From an uncultured Clostridium sp. (GTDB lineage Bacteria > Bacillota > Clostridia > TANB77 > CAG-508), in the NCBI GenBank assembly GCA_947384775.1, contig CANDIF010000002.1, positions 123,967 through 187,966 of the forward strand: DNA of 64,000 bases, given 5' to 3'. The translations under genes were made by a program, and so were the position numbers. Of this stretch, positions 47,501-56,329 are shown piece by piece. Under the pieces are notes generated by a model. That model made no database searches. It saw only the letters and a program-made list of their open reading frames with translations, and was not told the origin of the DNA. The first letter of the stretch is position 1. Every line of letters starts with the position of its first letter.

Positions 47501-47976
47501 CCTAATGCTACTAGTTTTTCCTTTATTTCTTCTAAATCAAAATTATCTCCTGTTTTTAGTGTTATTATATTTTTGTATAAAACATCTTGTGATATTATTT
47601 TTTGACTAACAGCTTCTATTGTCGTAACTATTATTTTAGCTTTTCCATCATAAATATTATTTAAACATGAAATTCTATTGTATGCTATATCTTTACTCTC
47701 TGCTAAAAAATTATATGCCATAATTTCTTTTTTTGGAAAGAACTCTATATCTTTTGTGAAATATGTTAAATTTTTTATTATCTTTTTAGCTTGCATTTCA
47801 TTATATGTTATTATGCAAATTGGTTTTTCTGTATAAAAGTAAGTGGAATAGGCAAAATGCACCTTTCCACTATCGGTTAATCCTGAAAGCATAATCGGAT
47901 TTGTTCCAGTCTTTACATTTTCAATATAGTCATTAAACTTTTTATAGTTTGGCAATACCTTTATAATATCGTTCAT
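44575..47976 (-). CDS. mfd: Transcription-repair coupling factor Mfd
   Basis: 1133 aa with a UvrB-homology region, an RNAP-interacting domain and SF2 helicase motifs (GDVGYGKTEVA, DEEHRFG), plus the C-terminal TRG/D7 region. Confidence 0.9.
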   Translation of the reverse strand: MNDIIKVLPNYKKFNDYIENVKTGTNPIMLSGLTDSGKVHFAYSTYFYTEKPICIITYNEMQAKKIIKNLTYFTKDIEFFPKKEIMAYNFLAESKDIAYNRISCLNNIYDGKAKIIVTTIEAVSQKIISQDVLYKNIITLKTGDNFDLEEIKEKLVALGYERADVVETKAEFSVRGGIIDIALTEKDGIRIELWGDEIDSIRTFDISSQRSKSKLETTKIYPAHEYILEKSLEEIIENIEDEQDREEIEEGNYISKIDKYWNIFYENSNNTFMDYIKEDYLVFLDEVGKLKARSENIIKDTQNLIKNLIEKKRQVPQVLEKTEDYIQFIERLKRLQTIYLESKDIGFVDKQSMHAKRNGYSFSYREVNFFRSSMDLLFKEVQEGIGAGTTIAILCGTQENVKRVRELLKEKITNEAHLEKVLITEGTLTEGFECYDFNLLVISVSELFNVQKKRRKSPEQFKQGETIIFSELKQGDYIVHRTNGIGQFIGINTIKTDGITKDYIKIKYKDDGILYIPTSSLDNIKKYIGSADKAPTLNKLGSKEWSKAKAKVKSNLQEVAKDLIELYAQREKAKGYMFSPDTEWQKEFENKFPYIETDDQLRSIEEMKKDMESEKPMDRLLCGDVGYGKTEVAMRGAFKACMDQKQVVYLVPTTILATQQYETFKERMKDYPINIELLNRFVKPSKQKEIIEGLKLGEVDIVVGTHKLLNDNIEYKNLGMLIIDEEHRFGVKHKEKIKKLKKNVDVLTMTATPIPRTLHMSIVGIRDMSCLYEPPQDRRPVKTYVLEYDEEVVKEAITKELERDGQIFYLYNNVEGISSKADKISKLVPEAKVAYAHGRMSGEEIEDIMIRFINKEINVLACTTILESGIDIPNANTIIVENADRLGLAQLYQIRGRVGRADKQAYAYITYKRDKLINEVASKRLKAIKEFTEFGSGFKIAMRDLEIRGAGSLLGEIQHGHIDEVGYDTYCKILDEVIKENKGIKVEEDIDVVIDINVSSYIPDSYIENNSQKLETYRNIALCRTEEDIENISNEITDRYGKMPKEVRNLINIARIKEMCKELGINKVMQKQNNIVFYIEQDKLEIDIPRLVEKYKNNIKFSNGMIPYITYKIQDMQNIILEIKEVLASDNNK

Positions 47977-48087
47977 AATGTCCCCTTTTTTATTTACGTT
48001 TTGCTATTTATTATACCATAGTTTAGTAAGTTTGGAAAGATATTACTTAAATTTCTACAACTTATGAATGTTTGTTTGTGTCTTGTA

Positions 48088-48232
48088 TTGACTTTTTGAA
48101 AAAACTAATTGTATAATATGTAATGAAAATAGGGCAAAGCAGAGTATGGTTATCATTTCATCTTCTATATAGAAAGTGAGGTGATACATATAAACCAAAA
48201 CGAGGACTGAGCTTAAAGCTCTCTCTTTTTTT
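48088..48232 (+). ncRNA. Candidate small RNA or transcription attenuator upstream of the U32 peptidase gene, with a strong promoter and an intrinsic terminator about 110 nt apart
   Basis: TTGACT at 48088-48093, an 18 nt spacer and TGTATAAT at 48110-48117. The terminator is gagcttaaagctc followed by tctttttttat at 48209-48232. Only a 9-codon ORF lies between them. Confidence 0.35.
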
Positions 48233-48342
48233 ATGTTTATATAATAACATATTTTTTTCATAATAGTATGTTTTTTTCTAAAATTGACCTATATTTCAAT
48301 TTATAATATAATATATGTAAAGTTTAATAGATGGAGATGTTT

Positions 48343-50790
48343 ATGGAAAAACCTGAATTACTTGCTCCCTGTGGAGATTTCGAATGTTTAAAAGCTGCTG
48401 TTCAAAATGGTGCTGATAGTGTATACCTTGGTACAAGCGACTTTAATGCCCGTGCCAGAGCTAAAAACTTCAATGATGAGACTTTAAAAAAAGCTATTAG
48501 ATATGCAAAGCTTAGAAACGTTAAAGTTCATGTTACTTTAAATATATTAATTAAAAATGAAGAATTTGAAGATGCTGTAAAACTTGCTATCAAAGTATAT
48601 AACTTTGGAGCAGATGCTCTAATTATTCAAGATTTAGGGCTTTTAGAATATCTTATTAAAAATTACCCTGAAATTCCAGTTCATGCAAGTACTCAAATGA
48701 CTACTCATAATTTATCTGGAGTTAAGCAATTAGAAAATATTGGAGTTCAAAGAGTCGTACTTTCTCGTGAACTTTCTATAAATGAAATTAAGAATATTTG
48801 TAAGAATACAAATGTAGAAATTGAAACATTTATACATGGAGCGCTTTGTATTTGTTATTCTGGTCAATGTTTATTTTCTAGCATAATTGGTGGAAGGTCT
48901 GGAAATCGTGGTCTTTGTGCACAGCCTTGTAGACTTCCATATACCCTAATTGATCAAGATGACAATATTTTAGATAAGGGGCATTTATTAAGTCCTCGTG
49001 ATTTAAATGCTGTAAGATATTTACCAGATTTAATTCGTACTGGAGTTAAATGTTTTAAAATTGAAGGTCGTTTAAAATCGCCAGAATATGTTGGAATTAT
49101 TACAAAGTTTTACCGCAAATATATAGATATTGTGTTGAACAATCAAAACCTTTCTAATGAACAAATTTTAGATATTATCTTTAAAGAACTAGAAAAGAAA
49201 AATGAAAATACTGATATGTCTGACTTAGAAGAAACAACTCAAGTTTTTAACCGTGGTGGCTTTTCAACTGGTCATCTTGGAAATACTGAAAACAAAGAAT
49301 TAATATTCAAAGATAAACCAAATAATATAGGTTTTTATCTTGGAAAAATAGAAAGATTTAATCCTAATAAAGGATATATTACCTTGAAAGCTTCCACTTC
49401 TCTTGAAATTGGAGATAAAGTCGGTGTAAATTCAGATACTTACACAGTCTCTGAACTTATGATTAATAATCAAAATATTAAAAAGGCTAATGTTGGAGAT
49501 ACTATTACAATTGGAAGAATGAAAGGAAATATTAAATCTGGTTTAGGCATTTACAAGCTTCAAAGCAAAATTTTAAATGACTCTATCTCCCCTACTTTTA
49601 AAGAAGATAAAGAATTTAAAAAGCAAAATCTTTCCGTAAAATTATATATTTTAAAAAATACTCCTATGAAATTAGAAGTTTATTGTAATGATATTAACTC
49701 TGTATATTATAATGAAGTTGTAACTGTTACATCTGAGGCAATTCCAAGTGAAGCAAAAAATTCGCCAACTACAAAAGAAAAAATCATTACTCAAATTTCT
49801 AAGACTGGAAATACTCCATTTGAATTTGAAAATATAGAATTAGAACTAGATGATAATTTATTTGTGCCTGTGAGTAGCTTAAATGAGCTTAGACGAAATG
49901 CATTAGAAGAATTAATGTCAAAAATTATAGAAAAAGAAATTACACATAGAAGCTTAGAATTTAAGAATATTCCAAATTCTTCTTTGGTAATAAATAGCAA
50001 CTCAAATTCTCATCCTAAAGTCAATTTGTTATTAAATATCTTTGATAAAGATTTTAATTATTGTAACTTAACTGGATTTGATAGGTTGTTCATCCCGTTA
50101 AAATATTTTATACTTCCAGAATATTCTGAAGAATTAACAGCAATCTGTAAAACATTTAATACATACATCTACATGCCAAATGTATTACGAGATACTATTA
50201 AAGTTAACTTTGATAATATAGTTAAATCTTTTAAAATAAATGGCTTTGTTGTATCTTCTATTAATCAATTAGATGTTGTAAGTAAATACAATTTAGAAAT
50301 AATTGGAAACTATACTTTAAATGTGTATAATATTCACACTTTAAAATCTTTGCAAAATAGAGGAATTATTGAAACATGTATAACACCTGAACTAAATGAT
50401 TTTGATACCAAAACTTTGATAGAGACATCTTCTTTACCTTTAGAATTAATAGTATATGGAAGAATTCCATTTATGACTATGAATTACTGTCTTCTTGGTA
50501 AATCAAATAAATGTTATAAAGAATGTACTAGGTTGTGTAAATTAAATAAAAAATTCTATATAAAAGATAGATTAGGTTTGAGTTTTAGAATTGTACCAGA
50601 TAATACTTCTACACTAACTACCATATACAACTCAAAAATCACATCGTTTGATTATTCAGACTTTAATGTAGCTTCTGTTAGAATTTCAATCTTGGATGAA
50701 AATCAAAAACAAATTCAAGAAATAATAAATACAGTTAAATCTTCAAAAAGATTAGAAGGGCAAGAATATTGTGGACATTTTAATAAGTAA
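48343..50790 (+). CDS. Peptidase U32 family protein (collagenase-like, with a C-terminal DUF3656-type extension)
   Basis: MEKPELLAPCGDFECLKAAVQNGADSVYLG and ...E.RLKSPEYV... U32 signatures. The start is set at the ATG 6 nt after the GGAG. Confidence 0.8.
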   Translation: MEKPELLAPCGDFECLKAAVQNGADSVYLGTSDFNARARAKNFNDETLKKAIRYAKLRNVKVHVTLNILIKNEEFEDAVKLAIKVYNFGADALIIQDLGLLEYLIKNYPEIPVHASTQMTTHNLSGVKQLENIGVQRVVLSRELSINEIKNICKNTNVEIETFIHGALCICYSGQCLFSSIIGGRSGNRGLCAQPCRLPYTLIDQDDNILDKGHLLSPRDLNAVRYLPDLIRTGVKCFKIEGRLKSPEYVGIITKFYRKYIDIVLNNQNLSNEQILDIIFKELEKKNENTDMSDLEETTQVFNRGGFSTGHLGNTENKELIFKDKPNNIGFYLGKIERFNPNKGYITLKASTSLEIGDKVGVNSDTYTVSELMINNQNIKKANVGDTITIGRMKGNIKSGLGIYKLQSKILNDSISPTFKEDKEFKKQNLSVKLYILKNTPMKLEVYCNDINSVYYNEVVTVTSEAIPSEAKNSPTTKEKIITQISKTGNTPFEFENIELELDDNLFVPVSSLNELRRNALEELMSKIIEKEITHRSLEFKNIPNSSLVINSNSNSHPKVNLLLNIFDKDFNYCNLTGFDRLFIPLKYFILPEYSEELTAICKTFNTYIYMPNVLRDTIKVNFDNIVKSFKINGFVVSSINQLDVVSKYNLEIIGNYTLNVYNIHTLKSLQNRGIIETCITPELNDFDTKTLIETSSLPLELIVYGRIPFMTMNYCLLGKSNKCYKECTRLCKLNKKFYIKDRLGLSFRIVPDNTSTLTTIYNSKITSFDYSDFNVASVRISILDENQKQIQEIINTVKSSKRLEGQEYCGHFNK

Positions 50791-50800
50791 AAAACTTTAA

Positions 50801-50822
50801 GCGACCTCTCGGTCGCCTTTAT
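50801..50822 (+). terminator. Intrinsic terminator of the U32 peptidase gene
   Basis: gcgacctctcggtcgc followed by ctttatctt. Confidence 0.55.
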
Positions 50823-51103
50823 CTTATGTTTAATTTTTTCTATCTCATAAAAGAAATGATCCACTTATTTTCTCCTGTTTTTCTGATGGTTAAAATTTTC
50901 CTCGGTCCTACAATAATTAGCAGGACAATCAGAAATTCGAGAAGTTTAGACCATGAGGAGTAGTCTGTCCCAATCCATTCTGTACAAAATTGCACTAGGG
51001 TTGATAACATAGATAGAAGCCTCCTTCAACATAGAGATATTTTAATTTTAACATGTTTTATGTAAATTTGCAAACATCCCTCTATTTATAGTATAATTTC
51101 TTT

Positions 51104-51964
51104 ATGAAAACTTTAATTGTAAATGAAAAATATGATAATAAAAAATTAATAAATTTTATAAAAGACTCTTTCCCAGAGCTTTCTTTAAATGTTTTAAATA
51201 AAGCTCTTCGTAATAAAGATATAAAAATTAACAACATTCGCACAAAAGAAAATGTTGTTATTCATAATGGTGATAGCATTGCAGTTTATATCTCTGATGA
51301 ATTCTTATACAAAAATATTAGTCTTGAAAAAATCTACGAAGATGATAATATTTTAGTGATTAATAAGCCTTCTAATATAGAAGTAGTTAGTCTAACTTCT
51401 AATGAAAAAACACTAACTACTTTATTAAAAAAGGATTACGAATTTATAGAACCTTGTCATAGATTAGATAGAAACACTACTGGATTAGTTCTTTTTGCTA
51501 AAAATCAAATTGCTTTAGATATACTTTTGCAAAAATTTAAAAATAAAGAAATCAAAAAATTCTATAAATGTATGGTTTATGGTATTCCTAAAAAAGGCTC
51601 TGCAACTTTAGAATCTTATTTATTTAAAGATACAAAGAAATCTATGGTTTATATTTCTGATATTCCAAAATCTGGTTATAAAAAAATTATCACATCTTAT
51701 AACGTTTTAGAAAAAGATATAAAAAATAATACTAGTATACTTAGCGTAACGCTTGAATTTTCCGGTAGAACACATCAAATTAGAGCTCACCTAGCTCACA
51801 TTGGTCTACCTATTGTTGGTGATGGAAAATATGGTATAAACTCTATCAACAAAAAATTCAATAAAAAAATCCAAGAACTTTGTTCTTACAAAATTATTTT
51901 CAATTTTTCAACAGATGCAAATGTTTTAAATTATTTAAATCAAAAAGAAATTTCATTATTTTAA
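51104..51964 (+). CDS. RluA-family pseudouridine synthase
   Basis: An S4-like N-terminus and the catalytic HRLDRNTTGLVLFAKN motif. Confidence 0.8.
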   Translation: MKTLIVNEKYDNKKLINFIKDSFPELSLNVLNKALRNKDIKINNIRTKENVVIHNGDSIAVYISDEFLYKNISLEKIYEDDNILVINKPSNIEVVSLTSNEKTLTTLLKKDYEFIEPCHRLDRNTTGLVLFAKNQIALDILLQKFKNKEIKKFYKCMVYGIPKKGSATLESYLFKDTKKSMVYISDIPKSGYKKIITSYNVLEKDIKNNTSILSVTLEFSGRTHQIRAHLAHIGLPIVGDGKYGINSINKKFNKKIQELCSYKIIFNFSTDANVLNYLNQKEISLF

Positions 51965-52052
51965 GTTGTACAAACTGCAATTTATCTTTCCTAAAATTAC
52001 CTTTGATTTCGTCTTCAAATTATGTTAATATAATTTTAGGAGGCACAGAGTT

Positions 52053-52295
52053 ATGGGTGTTATTAAAGATTTTAAAAACATAGATTCTTCAGTTATTAAA
52101 ATTATGAAAAATGGTTATAAATTTTCTTTTTTACTTGCAATTTTCTCAAGTTATATCTTATTTTTATATACATATAATCCAATATCTCACATTTGGTTTG
52201 AAAGTGGCATATTATTATTAAAAGTAAGTATCACTGCTTTTGTAAGCTTTTTGTCTTTCGGTTTTGTATTTGATAAGATAAAAAAAGGCTGGTAA
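52053..52295 (+). CDS. Small hypothetical membrane protein (80 aa, two TM helices)
   Basis: Strong AGGAGG ribosome-binding site. AT-rich, host-like codon usage. Confidence 0.45.
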   Translation: MGVIKDFKNIDSSVIKIMKNGYKFSFLLAIFSSYILFLYTYNPISHIWFESGILLLKVSITAFVSFLSFGFVFDKIKKGW

Positions 52296-52356
52296 ATTTG
52301 ATTTTTGCTCCTAAGTATGTTATTATATATAAATACTACTTATAGGAGGTTTCGAT

Positions 52357-52572
52357 ATGCCAAACGGATGTAAATGTAGTGAATGTGAGCTCAGAGCCGA
52401 GTGTCCTCGGCTCAAGCAGCTGATCGACAGTGGTGCACTCGCTGCCGCACCGCCTCCGCAGACTGTTTCTGCGGAAAGTGACATCAAGCGTGCTGCCCCC
52501 ACTGCTGAGGACTGGGAGGACTTCTGGTACAACTTCAACGACCCCTATTCTCCCGACCACTCTCAGAGGTAA
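52357..52572 (+). CDS. Small Cys-rich protein (71 aa; CxCxxC...C N-terminus, Pro/Ala-rich middle, acidic aromatic C-terminus) on a GC-rich foreign segment
   Basis: TAGGAGG ribosome-binding site. About 55% GC with GC3-rich codons. It is followed by a GC-rich terminator that abuts the gatB stop codon. Confidence 0.45.
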   Translation: MPNGCKCSECELRAECPRLKQLIDSGALAAAPPPQTVSAESDIKRAAPTAEDWEDFWYNFNDPYSPDHSQR

Positions 52573-52619
52573 CCATTCCAAATTCCAGCCGGCACAGCAT
52601 TTTAAGTAGCACAAAACCT

Positions 52620-52656
52620 ACACCCCACTTGCTTACTGCGAGTGGGGTGTTTCAAT
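52620..52656. terminator. GC-rich hairpin terminator ACACCCCAC-N13-GTGGGGTGT shared by the foreign small gene and convergent gatB
   Basis: 9-bp GC-rich stem with a T-run after it. Confidence 0.55.
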
Positions 52657-54096
52657 TTACTTATTCAATTCTTCTAAAAACATTTTATTTAACATTTGTG
52701 GATTTGCTTTTCCTTTAGTCTCTTTCATAGCTTGTCCTACTAAAAATCCTAATGCTCTATCTTTTCCTGCTTTATAGTCTACTATTGAATTTGGATTTGC
52801 TTCCAATATTTTTTGTACTACTTCTTTTATTGCTCCTTCATCAGAAATCTGAATCCATCCTTTTTCTTTTATTATTTGCTCTGGGCTTCTTGGATTTTCA
52901 AATAGCTCATCTAATACTTTTTTTGCTATGCTAGAACTAATAGTTCCTTTATCTATAAGTATTACTAACTCGCCTAGTTCTTCTGCAGTAAAAGGTATTT
53001 CATTTGGGTCTTTTTCTTGTTCATTTAATATTTTTGTTATATCTGTCATTATCCAGTTACTTACTGCTTTTGGATTGTTACATACTTTTGTTGCACCTTC
53101 AAATAAATCTGAAAAATATTTTGAAGAAATCAATATATTACTATCATATTCTGGTAACTTGAATTCTTGCATATATCTTTCTTTTCTACTTTCTGGCATT
53201 TCTGGTAATGTTTTTCTAATATCTTCTATCATTTCTTCTGATATCCTTATTACTGCCAAATCTGGTTCTGGGAAATATCTATAATCTTGTGCATCTTCTT
53301 TATCTCTCATTGAAAAAGTTTTTCCTGATACTTCATCCCATCTTAATGTTTCTTGCTCTATTTTTCCACCTTGCTCTAAAATATCAATTTGTCTTTCTGC
53401 TTCATATTCTATAGCTCTAGTTATTGATCTAAAAGAATTCATATTTTTCATTTCTGTTCTTGTTCCTAATTTTGTGTCTCCTTTTTTTCTTACAGAAACA
53501 TTAACATCTGCTCTTAATGATCCTTGCTGCATCTTACAATCTGAAACTTCTATATATTCTAATATTGATTTTAACTTCTTTAAATAGCTATCTACTTCCT
53601 CTGTACTTCTTAAATCTGGCTCTGATACTATTTCTATTAGTGGAACTCCTGCTCTATTTAAGTCTACTAGACTTCCGCTTCCATATTCATCATGATTTAA
53701 TTTTCCTGCATCTTCCTCAATATGAATTCTAACCAATCTTATTTTCTTAGTTCCATTTTCTGTTTCAATTTCTACATAACCATGTTCACAAAGTGGCATA
53801 TCAAATTGTGATATCTGATATGATTTTGGTAAATCAGGATAGAAGTAGTTTTTTCTATCATTTTTGCTGTTTCTTGCTATTTCACAATTTGTTGCTAGTC
53901 CTGCTTTTATAGCATATTCAACAACCTTTTTATTAAGCACAGGTAACGTCCCTGGCATTGCCATACATATTGGACAACAATGTGTATTTGGTTCTCCACC
54001 AAATTCTGTAGGGCAAGAACAAAATATTTTTGTTTTTGTTGAAAGCTCACTATGAACTTCTAAACCTATTATCATTTCATAATCTTCTCTTGACAT
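52657..54096 (-). CDS. gatB: Asp-tRNA(Asn)/Glu-tRNA(Gln) amidotransferase subunit B
   Basis: IIGLEVHSELSTKTKIFC... and a GatB/YqeY C-terminal domain. The start is set at the internal ATG (MSREDYEMIIGLEVH). Confidence 0.9.
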   Translation of the reverse strand: MSREDYEMIIGLEVHSELSTKTKIFCSCPTEFGGEPNTHCCPICMAMPGTLPVLNKKVVEYAIKAGLATNCEIARNSKNDRKNYFYPDLPKSYQISQFDMPLCEHGYVEIETENGTKKIRLVRIHIEEDAGKLNHDEYGSGSLVDLNRAGVPLIEIVSEPDLRSTEEVDSYLKKLKSILEYIEVSDCKMQQGSLRADVNVSVRKKGDTKLGTRTEMKNMNSFRSITRAIEYEAERQIDILEQGGKIEQETLRWDEVSGKTFSMRDKEDAQDYRYFPEPDLAVIRISEEMIEDIRKTLPEMPESRKERYMQEFKLPEYDSNILISSKYFSDLFEGATKVCNNPKAVSNWIMTDITKILNEQEKDPNEIPFTAEELGELVILIDKGTISSSIAKKVLDELFENPRSPEQIIKEKGWIQISDEGAIKEVVQKILEANPNSIVDYKAGKDRALGFLVGQAMKETKGKANPQMLNKMFLEELNK

Positions 54097-54134
54097 ATTT
54101 ATTATCATTCCTTTCAAAAATCTCAATCAAAGTT

Positions 54135-55586
54135 CTATTTCTTAAATGTTGGCTTATTTCTATCTCTAAACTTTGTTTCTTGCTCATATGTATATGCTGC
54201 CCTAAGTAAAGTTTCTTCACTAAAAGCTTTTCCTATTAATTGCATTCCTATTGGCATTCCATTTTTATCTACACCACATGGAATTGATATTCCTGGAAGT
54301 CCTGCTATATTTATAGATACTGTACATAAATCTGCTAAATACATTTCTAATGGATTTTTTGATTTTGTTCCTATTTCATAGGCAACGGTTGGAGATGTTG
54401 GTGTTATCAATATATCATAAGAATCAAATAATTTTTTAAATTCTTGTTTTATAATTGTTCTTACTTTTTGTGCTTTTTTATAATAAGCGTCATAATAACC
54501 AGATGAAAGCACATATGTTCCTAAAATTATTCTTCTTTTTACTTCTGCTCCAAATCCTTCACTTCTTGAATTTTTATAGATATCTTTTAAGTTGCTAAAG
54601 TTTTTAGTTCTATATCCATATCTTATTCCATCAAATCTTCCTAAATTTGAACTTGCTTCTGCACAACATGTAATATAATATACTGCCAATGCTTCATTTG
54701 CAATATCTAAAGTACATTCTTCAACTATCGCACCTTGTTTTTTATATTCTTCAATAGCCTCTTCTACTTTTTGTTTTACTTCTTCATTTATTCCTTCTCC
54801 AAAGAATTCTTTAGGTACACCTATTTTTAATCCTTTAACATCTTTTACTAAACTCTTTGTATAATCTTTTTCTTCTAATTTAACAGAAGTTGAATCCTTC
54901 TCATCATGACCAGCTATAATATTAAGTAACATTGCACTATCCTCTACATCTTTTGTTATTGGTCCTATTTGATCTAATGATGATGCAAATGCAACTAATC
55001 CATATCTTGAAACTAGTCCATATGTTGGTTTAAGTCCTACAATTCCACAAAGTGAAGCTGGTTGACGTATTGAACCACCTGTATCTGACCCTAATGCCCA
55101 TGGAACCATGTCACTTGCTACTGCTGCTGCACTTCCTCCACTAGATCCTCCTGGCACTGTATTTAAGTTCCATGGATTCTTTGTTGTTTTAAATGCAGAA
55201 TATTCAGTTGATGCCCCCATTGCAAACTCGTCCATATTCAATTTTCCTAAACTAATAATTCCTTCATTATTCAGTTTCTCTATAACTGTTGCATCATAAG
55301 GTGAAACAAAATTCTCTAACATTTTTGAACTACATGTTGTATTTACACCCTTTGTACACATGTTATCTTTTATACCTATTGGAATACCTGCAAACTTTGA
55401 CTTTGCTCTATCTACACTTTTTGCAGCTTCCAAAGCCTCTTTATCTGTCCTAGTAACAAAAGCTCCAATTTCGTTTTCTTTCTCATCTATTCTTTTTGAA
55501 TAGCTTTTAACAATTTCCTCTGGAGTTATCTCATTTTTATCTAACTTCTCTATCAACTCATGAACCGTTAATTCATATAATTCCAT
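54135..55586 (-). CDS. gatA: Glutamyl-tRNA(Gln) amidotransferase subunit A
   Basis: Amidase signature ([12 protein letters not shown]) and a Ser-cisSer-Lys triad context. Confidence 0.9.
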   Translation of the reverse strand: MELYELTVHELIEKLDKNEITPEEIVKSYSKRIDEKENEIGAFVTRTDKEALEAAKSVDRAKSKFAGIPIGIKDNMCTKGVNTTCSSKMLENFVSPYDATVIEKLNNEGIISLGKLNMDEFAMGASTEYSAFKTTKNPWNLNTVPGGSSGGSAAAVASDMVPWALGSDTGGSIRQPASLCGIVGLKPTYGLVSRYGLVAFASSLDQIGPITKDVEDSAMLLNIIAGHDEKDSTSVKLEEKDYTKSLVKDVKGLKIGVPKEFFGEGINEEVKQKVEEAIEEYKKQGAIVEECTLDIANEALAVYYITCCAEASSNLGRFDGIRYGYRTKNFSNLKDIYKNSRSEGFGAEVKRRIILGTYVLSSGYYDAYYKKAQKVRTIIKQEFKKLFDSYDILITPTSPTVAYEIGTKSKNPLEMYLADLCTVSINIAGLPGISIPCGVDKNGMPIGMQLIGKAFSEETLLRAAYTYEQETKFRDRNKPTFKK

Positions 55587-55776
55587 AGCTTATCTCCTTC
55601 CTTTATTATCTATTTAATGTTTGAAAATCCGGACGATTAAAATCGCCCCTACGAAATGTTAAAAAGAATTGTATTTTGGCTAGGCACATGAGTTTTAAAT
55701 TTATGAGGCGTATATAGATACGTTGATTAAATTTAAAACGAAATGTAACAACGCCAAAATCAATTATCTTTAACAT

Positions 55777-56058
55777 TTATATTACTTTTGGAATAACAAA
55801 CATATTCTCATCCTTCTCTGGTGCATTTTGCAATAATAAATCTTTATCAGCAAATTCTTTAATTTCATCTTCTCTAAACACATTAACATTATCTGTGCTT
55901 GTTACTGTCTCACTTACATTATCAGTATTTACTCCATCAATTATATTTGCAAAATTTAATATATCTTGAAGATTTTTTCTATATTCTTCAATTTCTTCTT
56001 TAATATTTAAACATGCTAATTTTGCAATATGTAAAATTACTTCTCTATCAACTTGCAT
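55777..56058 (-). CDS. gatC: Glutamyl-tRNA(Gln) amidotransferase subunit C
   Basis: 93 aa (MQVDREVILHIAKLACLNIKEEIEEY...). A 190-nt gap separates it from gatA. Confidence 0.8.
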   Translation of the reverse strand: MQVDREVILHIAKLACLNIKEEIEEYRKNLQDILNFANIIDGVNTDNVSETVTSTDNVNVFREDEIKEFADKDLLLQNAPEKDENMFVIPKVI

Positions 56059-56117
56059 ACATACCTCCTATAACTTTCAATTATTAAATTACACTTTATA
56101 TTATATAGTCACTTGTT

Positions 56118-56204
56118 AGCTCCACATAGATGTTCATTTTTAAATTTTTAAACAACTGTATTAAAAATTTAAAAATCGAACATCCAGCAAGATGGAGCGG
56201 ATTT
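56118..56204 (+). repeat. Palindromic intergenic repeat, copy 10 (type A core). It lies 60 nt upstream of the gatC start.
   Basis: agctccacatagatgttcatttttaaatttttaaacaactgtattaaaaatttaaaaatcgaacatccagcaagatggagcggattt. Confidence 0.85.
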
Positions 56205-56329
56205 AATAACGCAATCATGAATAGTAATTATTATATAACTATTTTGCTCAAAAAACAATAGAAAAGTATTGATTTTTAAGATTTGATAATATACAATAAT
56301 GTTGTTAATTAGCACATAGGAGGAATGTT

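Noticed and set aside
48055-48261. 68-aa minus-strand ORF upstream of the U32 peptidase gene
   Set aside because: It overlaps the promoter and terminator of the candidate leader RNA on the opposite strand. It has no ribosome-binding site and is an AT-rich chance ORF.
52323-52614. Two antisense ORFs (71 and 92 aa) overlapping the GC-rich Cys-rich gene
   Set aside because: Same reasoning as above. They are GC-driven open frames antisense to the ORF that has a ribosome-binding site. They have no ribosome-binding sites of their own.
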